Assembly (NCBI RefSeq): GCF_964355755.1
Contig: NC_092672.1
Coordinates: 36,896,437 to 36,960,436, forward strand
Reading direction: 5' to 3'
Source: Antedon mediterranea
Lineage: Eukaryota > Animalia > Echinodermata
DNA length: 64,000 bases
Positions 32,463 to 42,296 of the stretch are shown piece after piece (the first letter of the stretch is position 1; every line of letters begins with the position of its first letter). Under the pieces are notes generated by a model that saw nothing but the letters and a program-made list of their open reading frames with translations, searched no databases and had not been told where the DNA came from. Both the position numbers and the translations under genes were made by a program.

Positions 32463-35400
32463 GTAGTAGTAATTTTGAACGACTGATTGCTGAACATTAA
32501 GAACGTTTAGACTGTGCGGTGTCATTAACAGTACGTTTCTTACCGACGGAATTTGACCATTATTTGTTGATTTTAGATAGCAAAAACGTGTTCTCTTGTT
32601 TTTATTTCAATGTTTACTATGTTCGTTTGGCTAAGTGTTCTCATATGTGCTAGCGTTTTTAAAGTGAGTACTTTACTTATTTTTTTTACTGATAATGGAT
32701 AATTTATTTATCATAAATTTGGGGCGTAATAATGTTCTAATGTGCATGCTTTTAATGTGCGGCGATATACATCCAAATCCTGGTCCGGAACAGTTTACAG
32801 TTTGCCATATTAACATACGTAGTCTAATCGTTCCAGGTAAACTAGCTGAAATTCAACACCTAGCAAATTTAAATAACTATGATATTATTGCTTTAACAGA
32901 AACATGGCTAGATCAAACTATCTTGAACCATGACATTTTACTAGACGGTTATCAAGAACCTATTAGAAATGATAGAAACCGCCATGGCGGCGGATGTGCT
33001 TTTTACATATCTAATTCTATACACTTAGTTAATTCCCATATTTGTAATGATCTCTTGTCAGATGTGATAAGGTGTGAAATACAAGTTTCAAACTGGACGA
33101 TTTTGACTTATGTATGTTATAGGCCACCACAAAGTGATGTTCAATCTGATCAGGATCTACTTGACTATTTTCAAAACAGTACTAATAACTTTGTTTTGTC
33201 TCGACACAGCTTAACTTTAATGATGGGCGATATGAATGCTCAAAATAACAACTGGTACAATGATGGAAACACAAATAGATTTGGAAAATCATTTTACGAA
33301 TTTTTACAACAAAACGGTTTAACTCAACACATCAATATGCCAACACGTTGTATAAAAGACCAACGGTCTTGTATTGACCATATAGTTACTAGTCAAAATG
33401 TATATATTAATGATTTTGGTGCATTGTGCCCACTTTTAAATTGTGATCACAGTCCAGTATATGCAAATATTGATATTCGTATCACACGGGACAAGCCATA
33501 CAATCGTAAAATATATCTTTTTGAAAAAACTGATTTTAATTTATATCGTAATGCTCTTAATTCTGTAAATTGGGAAGAAGTTTATTCATCTTCAAAGGTT
33601 GAAGATGTTTGTCATAATTGGATTGACTTATTTAATAATTGTGTTGATAACTATATTATATCTAAAATTATAACTGTGCGTCCTAATGACAAGCCTTGGA
33701 TTAATGCGAATATTAGAACTCTTATTCGCAAAAGAAATCGCGCCCATTCCACTCGAAATAACTCAAATTCGCATATGCAACGTTTTAAGAAAATTCGCGC
33801 AAAAGTTGTTAAAGCAATAAGAAAAGCTAAACAAACTTTTTTGGATAAACAATTTGATTTATTAATGAATAAAAACTGTGATTCAAAAACTTGGTGGTCT
33901 ACCATAAATTCAGTTTGTAATTCCAAACAATATTATAAGATTCCTCCAATCAAATTAAACGATGATGTCCTAACTTTAAATAGTGAGAAAGTTAAAGCGT
34001 TTAACAATTATTTTAAATCTCAATCGTTTATTCCTAATCATGATGATTTTCCTTCGGACTTCACATATAGAACTGCATCGAGACTCTCAACTCTCAAATT
34101 ATCTGTTGATGAGATCATGAAATTATTAACTATGCTGGATAAAAACAAGGCGATGGGACCTGATGAAATTCACAGTATCATACTAATAGAATCTGCTGAA
34201 ATTATTGCACCCCATTTGACAAAGCTTTATAACTTCTGCATAAGCCAAGGATATTTTCCTGTGGAATGGAAAAAATCAAATGTCATTCCTCTGCATAAAA
34301 AAGGCAATAAATCCCTTATTGAGAACTACCGCCCTATATCCATACTTTCCAACTTTGCAAAAAATTTTGAGCGTGCAGTTTTTGATATAGTATATAAATA
34401 CTTTGTGGATAATAAACTTCTTACTCAATTCCAATCTGGTTTTACACCAGGTGACTCGACAACGTATCAACTTCTTTATCTTATAGATACATTTAATAGA
34501 GCTTTAGATTTAAGGAAAGAAGTAATCTCGGTATTTTTGGATATTTCCAAAGCCTTCGATAAAGTTTGGCATAATGGGATTATATACAAATTAAATCAAT
34601 ATGGAATTAATGGCACTCTTCTAAAATGGTTCCAAAGTTACTTAAACTCACGTGAGCAACGTGTTATTATTGAAGGAACTACCAGTCCTTGGGTGACCAT
34701 TACAGCAGGAGTACCCCAAGGATCTGTTTTGGGTCCATTTTTATTTATTGTATTCATAAATGATATGGTTGATAATATCAAATCTAATATTAGTTTATAT
34801 GCAGATGATACTTTGTTATATGATATTTGTACAGATCGTAATATTTCAGAACAAAAATTAAATGGTGATCTTAATGTCATTTATAATTGGGCAAAAAAAT
34901 GGAAAGTAACATTCAATGCTAACAAAACGAAAGCTATACTGTTTACACGTAAACATTTAGATAACTATGTTAGTTTAAATTTCAATAATGTAAATCTACA
35001 ATTTGTAAATGATCATAGGCATCTTGGTGTAATGCTTAATGCAAAACTCAAGTGGGATTCCCATATCCAATCTGTAATTAACAAAGCGTCTTTATCTTTA
35101 AATATGCTACGTCGTGTCAAACATATTCTACCTCGACAGGCTCTCTGTCACATTTACATATCACACGTTAGACCATTAATGGAATATGCAGCTCCTGTTT
35201 GGTGTAATATCCCAGTTAAATTAAGTGATGAACTAGAAAATATCCAGATTTCTGCAGGTAGAATATGTACTGGTGCGTGGAAACATACAAGTCATAATGC
35301 ATTAAGACAAGAATTAGGCTGGTTATCATTGGAAAAACGTAGACAATTTCTTAACCTAATACTGTTTTTTAAAATTATTCATAAGTTAACACCAGTGTAT

Positions 35401-36120
35401 CTTTACTCCTTATTTAATTTTTCTGACAATATTGAAGTTTATAACTTGCGTAACATCCGAAATATAATAATTCCATTTTGTAAGACCACATCATATCGTT
35501 TATCTTTTGTCCCATCTATTATAACACATTGGAATGAGTTAAATAATGAAATAAAAAATTCCTCATTTCTTGTTGAGTTTAAAAAATTGCTACTGAAATC
35601 CAATTTGTTTGAAACAAAAAAACGTTCTTATTATGATACAGGTGATAAGAAGATTAACCAAATTCACACTAGAATCCGACTTGGTTTCAGCTGTCTCAAT
35701 TCGCATTTATTCTTACATGGACTTCGGGACAATTCAAATTGTACTTGTGGCTTTAATGTTGAGAATCCGCTTCATTTCTTATGTTACTGCCCTAATTATA
35801 ATACACAAAGAGATATTCTACTTGTAAGCGCTAACTCAATTATTGAGGATATCTTAGCCAAGGATTTTTCTTTAACATTTAATTTTACATTTTTAAGTGA
35901 AATTTTTATTTTTGGTTCCGATCTTCTTTCGAATTGTGAAAATGCTTTATTATTTTATTATGTACAACAATTTCTTGTTAATTCTGGAAGATTTAATTGA
36001 TGTTTCTGTTAGTTATTTTAAAATGTTGTATTTGTTAATCTGAGGCGCCTTGAAGCTAAGATGGTTCCATCTTGTAAGGCGCCTCTGTGTAATATACTGA
36101 AATAAAAAAAAAAAAAAAAA
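32463..36120 (+). mobile_element. Apparently intact single-ORF non-LTR retrotransposon (CR1/L2 group)
   Basis: Uninterrupted 1101-aa APE-RT ORF, 3' stem-loop at 36042-36085, AATAAA plus poly(A) at about 36101-36122, and candidate TSD AATTGTAGTA at 32453-32462 and 36121-36130. Confidence 0.92.
32695..36000 (+). CDS. LINE ORF2: 2A-like leader, APE endonuclease, reverse transcriptase and C-terminal Cys/His motif
   Basis: Leader GDIHPNPGP. APE motifs NIRSL, LTETWL, GGG, YRPP, GDMN, IDH, DH. RT motifs YRPISIL, DISKAFDKV, GVPQGSVLGP, YADD. C-terminal CTCG..E..HFLCYCP. Confidence 0.95.
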   Translation: MDNLFIINLGRNNVLMCMLLMCGDIHPNPGPEQFTVCHINIRSLIVPGKLAEIQHLANLNNYDIIALTETWLDQTILNHDILLDGYQEPIRNDRNRHGGGCAFYISNSIHLVNSHICNDLLSDVIRCEIQVSNWTILTYVCYRPPQSDVQSDQDLLDYFQNSTNNFVLSRHSLTLMMGDMNAQNNNWYNDGNTNRFGKSFYEFLQQNGLTQHINMPTRCIKDQRSCIDHIVTSQNVYINDFGALCPLLNCDHSPVYANIDIRITRDKPYNRKIYLFEKTDFNLYRNALNSVNWEEVYSSSKVEDVCHNWIDLFNNCVDNYIISKIITVRPNDKPWINANIRTLIRKRNRAHSTRNNSNSHMQRFKKIRAKVVKAIRKAKQTFLDKQFDLLMNKNCDSKTWWSTINSVCNSKQYYKIPPIKLNDDVLTLNSEKVKAFNNYFKSQSFIPNHDDFPSDFTYRTASRLSTLKLSVDEIMKLLTMLDKNKAMGPDEIHSIILIESAEIIAPHLTKLYNFCISQGYFPVEWKKSNVIPLHKKGNKSLIENYRPISILSNFAKNFERAVFDIVYKYFVDNKLLTQFQSGFTPGDSTTYQLLYLIDTFNRALDLRKEVISVFLDISKAFDKVWHNGIIYKLNQYGINGTLLKWFQSYLNSREQRVIIEGTTSPWVTITAGVPQGSVLGPFLFIVFINDMVDNIKSNISLYADDTLLYDICTDRNISEQKLNGDLNVIYNWAKKWKVTFNANKTKAILFTRKHLDNYVSLNFNNVNLQFVNDHRHLGVMLNAKLKWDSHIQSVINKASLSLNMLRRVKHILPRQALCHIYISHVRPLMEYAAPVWCNIPVKLSDELENIQISAGRICTGAWKHTSHNALRQELGWLSLEKRRQFLNLILFFKIIHKLTPVYLYSLFNFSDNIEVYNLRNIRNIIIPFCKTTSYRLSFVPSIITHWNELNNEIKNSSFLVEFKKLLLKSNLFETKKRSYYDTGDKKINQIHTRIRLGFSCLNSHLFLHGLRDNSNCTCGFNVENPLHFLCYCPNYNTQRDILLVSANSIIEDILAKDFSLTFNFTFLSEIFIFGSDLLSNCENALLFYYVQQFLVNSGRFN

Positions 36121-36262
36121 AATTGTAGTAAATAATACCTACTTCCTATTATTATTATAAACTCAAAATAGATGTTATATACCTATTATAATCTTCCTAT
36201 TTTAACATTATCTCCGTATAATTCTATGTATTTATTCTCTCTCCATCTCAATATACTACCAC

Positions 36263-36851
36263 CCCATAACACCAATAACGTGACGCTCCTCTCGCCACCC
36301 TCCCGGCCCATAACACCAATAACGTGACGCTCCTCTCGCCACCCTCCCGGCCCATAACACCAATAACGTGACGCTCCTCTCGCCACCCTCCCGGCCCATA
36401 ACACCAATAACGTGACGCTCTTCTCACCACCCTCCCGGCCCATAACACCAATAACGTGACGCTCCTCTCGCCACCCTCCCGGCCCATAACACCAATAACG
36501 TGACGTTCTTCTCACCACCCTCCTGGCCCATAACACCAATAACGTGACGCTCTTCTCACCACCCTCCCGGCCCATAACACCAATAACGTGACGCTCTTCT
36601 CACCACCCTCCCGGCCCATAACACCAATAACGTGACGCTCTTCTCGCCACCCTCCCGGCCCATAACACCAATAACGTGACGCTCTTCTCGCCACCCTCCC
36701 GGCCCATAACACCAATAACGTGACGCTCTTCTCGCCACCCTCCCGGCCCATAACACCAATAACGTGACGCTCTTCTCACCACCCTCCCGGCAACCCCATA
36801 TGACCCATAACGTGATGCTCTTCTCACCATCCTCCCGGTCCATAACACCAA
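36263..36851. repeat. 44-bp GC-rich minisatellite, about 13 copies
   Basis: Unit cccataacaccaataacgtgacgctc(c/t)tctc(g/a)ccaccctcccgg. Confidence 0.95.
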
Positions 36852-39437
36852 TTGCTTGCTTTATTGCACTTAGCAGTTGTCACAGAGACTTGGCAAACAC
36901 CGCAAATAACAGATGATGCACTGATGATTAACAACTTCAATATTTATACCTATCATAGAACGCATAGGAAGGGTGGTGGAGTGGCTGTATATGTTAATTC
37001 TGAATTTCTGTCGCGAAGAATACCTGAAATAGTTGTACCCGAAGAGCTAGAGTGTGTTTGGGTTTTTATAAGACCGAAGAGGCTTCCTAGAGCTGTATCC
37101 TCTATTATAGTTTGTGGAATATATATTCCACCTAATTCTTCTGACCAACAACTACTTTTGGATCATATTATTAAATCTCTTGACAGTCTTAAACTTAAAC
37201 ACACAGACGCTGGCTTCATTATTATGGGGGACCTGAACAGAACTGACCTAGCCCCGCTATGCCGTGCACATAACCTAAAACAAATTGTGAAAGAACCAAC
37301 GCGAGGGGATGCAATACTAGATATTATAGCCACCAATCTGAAGCAGTATTATTGCGATCCCCGAATTGTGTCGCCGATGGGTGCTAGCGATCATAATTGT
37401 GTTCTGTTGTCAGCAACTACAAGGACGAATAGCAACAAAATCGAAAAGCGTGTAATCAGACCAATGAAAGCGAAAAGTGTTGAAGAATTTGGCCGTTGGA
37501 TAACTACCCATGACTGGAACGAGGTTATTAACGCGAGTACTACTGAACAGAAAACGCAATCATTTTATTTGTCATTGACTTCTGCTATGAACACTTTCTT
37601 CCCGGTTAAATCCATTAAGATACATCCAACTGATAAGCCATGGATTTCACAACAAGCAAAGGATCTTATAATGAAACGTCAACACGCTTTTACTAATCAT
37701 GGTAAATCGCTAGAATGGAAATTCTATAGGAATAAGGTACAAAAAGTGATCAAGAAAGACAAAATGAACTTTTACAATGAACGTTTATTAAACTTAAAAG
37801 CCACTAATCCCCATAAATGGCACCAAGGCGTGCAGATGTTAGCTAATAAAACTAAACCCCAACCACTTATTAGTGTTGAGGATATTCCGCAGGATGACTA
37901 TCATGGTATAAGTAATTTTGTAAACAACCGTTTTGCTATAACTTCCCAAAGCAGACCTAGTATTGATTTATGTAAGCTCCCTACGTATTTACCTGCTAAT
38001 AAACCCCCTAATGTAAAAGAATGGGAAATGTACAATCAATTAAGAAAAGTTAAAGTAAATAAGTCCCCGGGCCCTGATAATGTGCCTAACAGATTAATAA
38101 GAGATTTTGCATGTGAACTAAGCATCCCTATGACTAATATCTTAAATGCCTCCCTCAGTGAGGGTCATGTCCCAACTTTGTGGAAGGATGCTATTGTTAC
38201 TCCGGTTCCCAAAGAAAATGGTTGTACTAGGGTTGACAAATTTCGACCAATCTCACTTACATGTATCCTAGCTAAGGTAGCTGAGGGCTTCATTAAAAAA
38301 TGGCTCTTAACAGATATCGAGAAAAATCTTGATAACAACCAATATGGTTGCCGTAAACACTTTTCTACAACCCATAATTTGGTTGATCTACTAAATGTGT
38401 TCTATGAAGGTAGTAACATTCCCAAATCTGTTGGTCAGTTAGTTTTAACTGACTTTAGTAAAGCATTCGATTGTGTTGACCACACAATAGCAGTTTCTAA
38501 ATTAGTAACACTTGGTTGTAGACCTGAAATTGTACCGTGGTTAATTAGCTTTTTATCAAACAGAACCCAACAAGTACGCTATAAATCCACCTTATCAATG
38601 AGTGTTAATCTAACATGTGGCGTCCCTCAAGGTACGCTCCTTGGGCCTATGATCTTTCTTGCTCTAATTAATGATGCCATGCAAGACTCGCCATGTAAAA
38701 CTTGGAAATATGTAGATGATTTGTGCATAGGACAGATAGTAAAAAAGGATGTAATTTCCTCAATACAGAATGATGTTGCTTTACTGAATGTATGGTCTAA
38801 TGAAAACAAACTAAAACTTAACCCAACTAAATGTAAAACTATGTATTTTAACTTTCAAAGAAATCAATATGAACATGAACCCCTTTTCATTGGTAATGCT
38901 ACAATTGAAATCGTTAATGAAACTAAGTTACTAGGTTTATGGATTCAAGCTAACCTCAAATGGGACCGTAATGTTAAAGAAATTGTATCCAAAGCCAGCA
39001 GACGTCTGCATATATTATGTAGATTAAGAAAGTTCAATCTTCCGAAATTTGATCTTGTAGATGTATTTAAGAGTTACATAAGACCAAGTGTTGAATATGC
39101 TGTCCCAGTATGGCATTCTAGTCTCACTAAGAAACAAAGTGATATGATAGAATCTGTCCAAAAAAGGGCTTGCAGAATAATATTGTGTAATGACTACATA
39201 TGTTATGACCAAGCACTCAATGATCTTTCTTTAGACACTTTATCTGATAGAAGGCGTAATCTATGCTATAAGTTTGCTCTGAATTGTTCAAAAAGTATTC
39301 ATTTTGGAAAATGGTTTCCAGTGAAGAATGTAAGTAACATGAAACTAAGACGTGTAAAGTATCAACAACCCAAATGCAGAGTTGAAAGATATAAAAAAAG
39401 TGCAATACCATACCTTATCTCGCTTCTAAATGAATAA
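36852..39437 (+). CDS. LINE ORF2 (APE endonuclease, N-truncated, plus reverse transcriptase)
   Basis: TETW, GGGV, YIPP, GDLN, LD, SDH; FRPISLT, DFSKAFD, GVPQGTLLGP, YVDD. No stops over 861 codons. The TTG 'start' is flanking DNA, not a real initiator. Confidence 0.88.
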   Translation: MLALLHLAVVTETWQTPQITDDALMINNFNIYTYHRTHRKGGGVAVYVNSEFLSRRIPEIVVPEELECVWVFIRPKRLPRAVSSIIVCGIYIPPNSSDQQLLLDHIIKSLDSLKLKHTDAGFIIMGDLNRTDLAPLCRAHNLKQIVKEPTRGDAILDIIATNLKQYYCDPRIVSPMGASDHNCVLLSATTRTNSNKIEKRVIRPMKAKSVEEFGRWITTHDWNEVINASTTEQKTQSFYLSLTSAMNTFFPVKSIKIHPTDKPWISQQAKDLIMKRQHAFTNHGKSLEWKFYRNKVQKVIKKDKMNFYNERLLNLKATNPHKWHQGVQMLANKTKPQPLISVEDIPQDDYHGISNFVNNRFAITSQSRPSIDLCKLPTYLPANKPPNVKEWEMYNQLRKVKVNKSPGPDNVPNRLIRDFACELSIPMTNILNASLSEGHVPTLWKDAIVTPVPKENGCTRVDKFRPISLTCILAKVAEGFIKKWLLTDIEKNLDNNQYGCRKHFSTTHNLVDLLNVFYEGSNIPKSVGQLVLTDFSKAFDCVDHTIAVSKLVTLGCRPEIVPWLISFLSNRTQQVRYKSTLSMSVNLTCGVPQGTLLGPMIFLALINDAMQDSPCKTWKYVDDLCIGQIVKKDVISSIQNDVALLNVWSNENKLKLNPTKCKTMYFNFQRNQYEHEPLFIGNATIEIVNETKLLGLWIQANLKWDRNVKEIVSKASRRLHILCRLRKFNLPKFDLVDVFKSYIRPSVEYAVPVWHSSLTKKQSDMIESVQKRACRIILCNDYICYDQALNDLSLDTLSDRRRNLCYKFALNCSKSIHFGKWFPVKNVSNMKLRRVKYQQPKCRVERYKKSAIPYLISLLNE

Positions 39438-39700
39438 TCTGTATATATCACCCAGTACAGCTTTGCAATTTTTATTGATGCTTTTAGGTGTTTTTTTTCT
39501 ATTTTAATATTTTAAGCTAAACTTTTTGAATGTTCCTGTTTTGTATTTCTTGTGTAAATTACCTCCTTTTTTATATTTTTTTTTATCATTGGTTTTATAC
39601 TTTTTTACTAATTTTAATATTGAACAAATGTAAATATCTTTGTAATTCAGCTAAGGCTGCGATAATGATATTGAAATAAATGAAATGAAATGAAATGAAA
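36874..39700 (+). mobile_element. 5'-truncated non-LTR retrotransposon (CR1/L2 group) with (TGAAA)n tail
   Basis: The ORF starts inside the APE domain (AVVTETW). 3' hairpin cagc-taag-gctg, then tail tgaaataaa(tgaaa)4. Possible short TSD acttag at 36868-36873 and 39700-39705. Confidence 0.9.
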
Positions 39701-40442
39701 CTTAGGCGTTTGTGGAAAATATAAGAGTACATTTTTTTATGCAATTTTAGAAAATAGATGATATAAACAAAAAATTGACAGATATGTTTCTTATTTAGTC
39801 TAAGATAACAAAAACGGTTTATAAAATGTGTTTTTGCTGTTTAAAAATTTGTTTGACTTCTGTAAAAACAGGTAATGGTTCAATCAGTCGATGCAAATGC
39901 CATATATCCTGTTCTTTTTAGAAATCTGGAATAATTTCAACTACGTTAAAGGTAAAACTACGTTAAAGATAATATTTTTTTTCAGTTGCTTTTTATTAAA
40001 TACAGTTCACACCTCATTTTTGTATCATCAATTTTTCGTACTTCTTCCAACTTGACGGCAACAAAATACAGTAGAAGTCCCTAATGGTGTTTGGCCTTCG
40101 TTCGTTTCTTGGTAAAGTGTTCCCTTTAATATGTGTCCCCTGAATACTAGGGTAATGTGTCCTAAGACCATTATTCAAGGGTTCAATGAAGTTTCAACAC
40201 ACTTAAATGCTATTATTAATTTTTGTTTTAAAATATTGTTCCTGACTGTCCACACGGACACGTAACGTAAATTGTTGAACTAAATATTAGTGAAATCATA
40301 GCATATAACACGATTAGTGCAACACACGAGGACTAGAATATACATTATAAGTGTAACTTGAAAAGTTGATCCCTATCGAATTTCTCTCGAATAATGTGAT
40401 AGTCACACGTATAATACAGTATTAAGTGTTTGTTTTGTATGT

Positions 40443-42265
40443 TCATACTTCCGTTGAAATACTTGAACGCATCTGTAACGGGACCGTTTCCGCGTTCATC
40501 ATACGGCGCATAGGCCTATTGGAATCTGGTAAAGCTTCCGTATTGTACGGTGGTCGGGCCTCTAGAACAAAATAACCAACTGCCGCTGTGATGACGACAC
40601 AGATGAACATCCAACCGTTAAAAGTCATTACAATTAACATGAGTACATATCCAATGACTAGTTTTATGCAATTCAGAAAAGATAGAAGGATGTGTATGAT
40701 AATTCTGAAATAGATAAAAAGATGCATGTTAGGTTATGTTTCTGGCCCATGCGGCAATAATGTTGCACTGGACAGTGAAGTGGAAGGACGATTTTGAAAA
40801 AAAAAACCTTGAAAAATCACTTTTGAATTAATCAAAGTGTATAAACGATGGTTTTGTCAACTCATGCTTATTTGCTATTTCATAAATTAGACCGCACTTA
40901 AAAACTACTGATACTATTAATTAAGTGTCCCATAACTCTTTTTGATATAATATCATAACTTGCTATTTCGATTTCTGTGTTTTTTTATTACGTCACGATA
41001 AACGTAATACCAACGTCTTTACATTTAGTCAATATTTATATGATTAGTTTTTAAGTTATGTTTAAATTAGTGTACAGCTTTAATAATATTAATAGGCTCA
41101 ATATGTCATGATCAGTTCTCTGAACGGATTGAGTACGTCATCATAAATATATGCGGTACGTATGCGTAATTGTATTCATATTACATCCAAGTTAGTCAAG
41201 TTAATTCACGTGACACATAAAAGCAGACGAGAAAAATCTAGGTCAATCAACTACTGACCAATCATAACACGACATCAATCCATCATCACCACGCGCTCGC
41301 TCAAACACCACTCATCACCGATCACCGATCATCGACGACAACACGGAGAAATAATGAAAACAAAACGTATAAGTATGTATTGAATTATTTGTATTTTTGT
41401 CTAATTTTAGGTCAAATAGTACCATATAGAATTATATTTATTTAGATTGCATTGCATCAGAACTTAGATATGCGTCTTTATGTTGCCTTAGTACAATCTC
41501 TTGACTAGTCTAGTCGAGCTAGCCTAGGTTCACCCGAACCGACCCATACATGCATGGCCTGGAAAAAGAACCGAACTAAGAAGGCAATTCCGAATCATGT
41601 AGGCCTAGACCTAGATGAAGAAATACGTTAATCTGTCACAGATTGTTTGTATTGTTTATTAAGTGCGTGATTATTTTATACTATGGATGATGGGATGAAT
41701 AACAGGCCTAAAAATATCACTTTTAAATTAGTAATTAGACCATTCTAATTAGCTAGCTGTGGAAACAAATATTGATCGATTAAAAGATACTTACAGTTTT
41801 CTATGAAGAGTTTGTTCAGTAAAGGTAGGTTCACTGTGTAAAGTATCAAATCTCACTGCAGTCCATCGGTCACACTTATCCAACGAAAGACTTTTAAAAG
41901 TTGTTTTCATCTGTAAATTTTCACTTAAAACACGGCGTGATTGAAAATCATCGGCGGAGCGCGTACTTGTGTCACGCACTTCGCATGCGTTTAGTAAGTG
42001 CTTAGTTTTCTTTCCTCGGAGACGTAATAATTTAAGACGTTGCTGATACACCTGTAATTTATTCAGTCCATTTTGACGTAAACGTTTAAATATTTCGAAC
42101 GATATGCTTAGAATTATTGCAAGTAATAATGCTAAAATGAAATCTATAATAGAAAAAAAAAATAGTACTGGTTAAAAAGGGATAATAGCCTCACAATTCT
42201 TAATAGCATCATCAAACGATTACCGACAGCATCATCAAAATTAGCATTTCTTCCCTTGTTTACTG

Positions 42266-42296
<31 letters not shown>

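Noticed and set aside
36186-36851. Overlapping minus-strand ORFs with repeated MGREGGEKSVTLLVLWAG
   Set aside because: These are translations of the 44-bp minisatellite cycling through frames.
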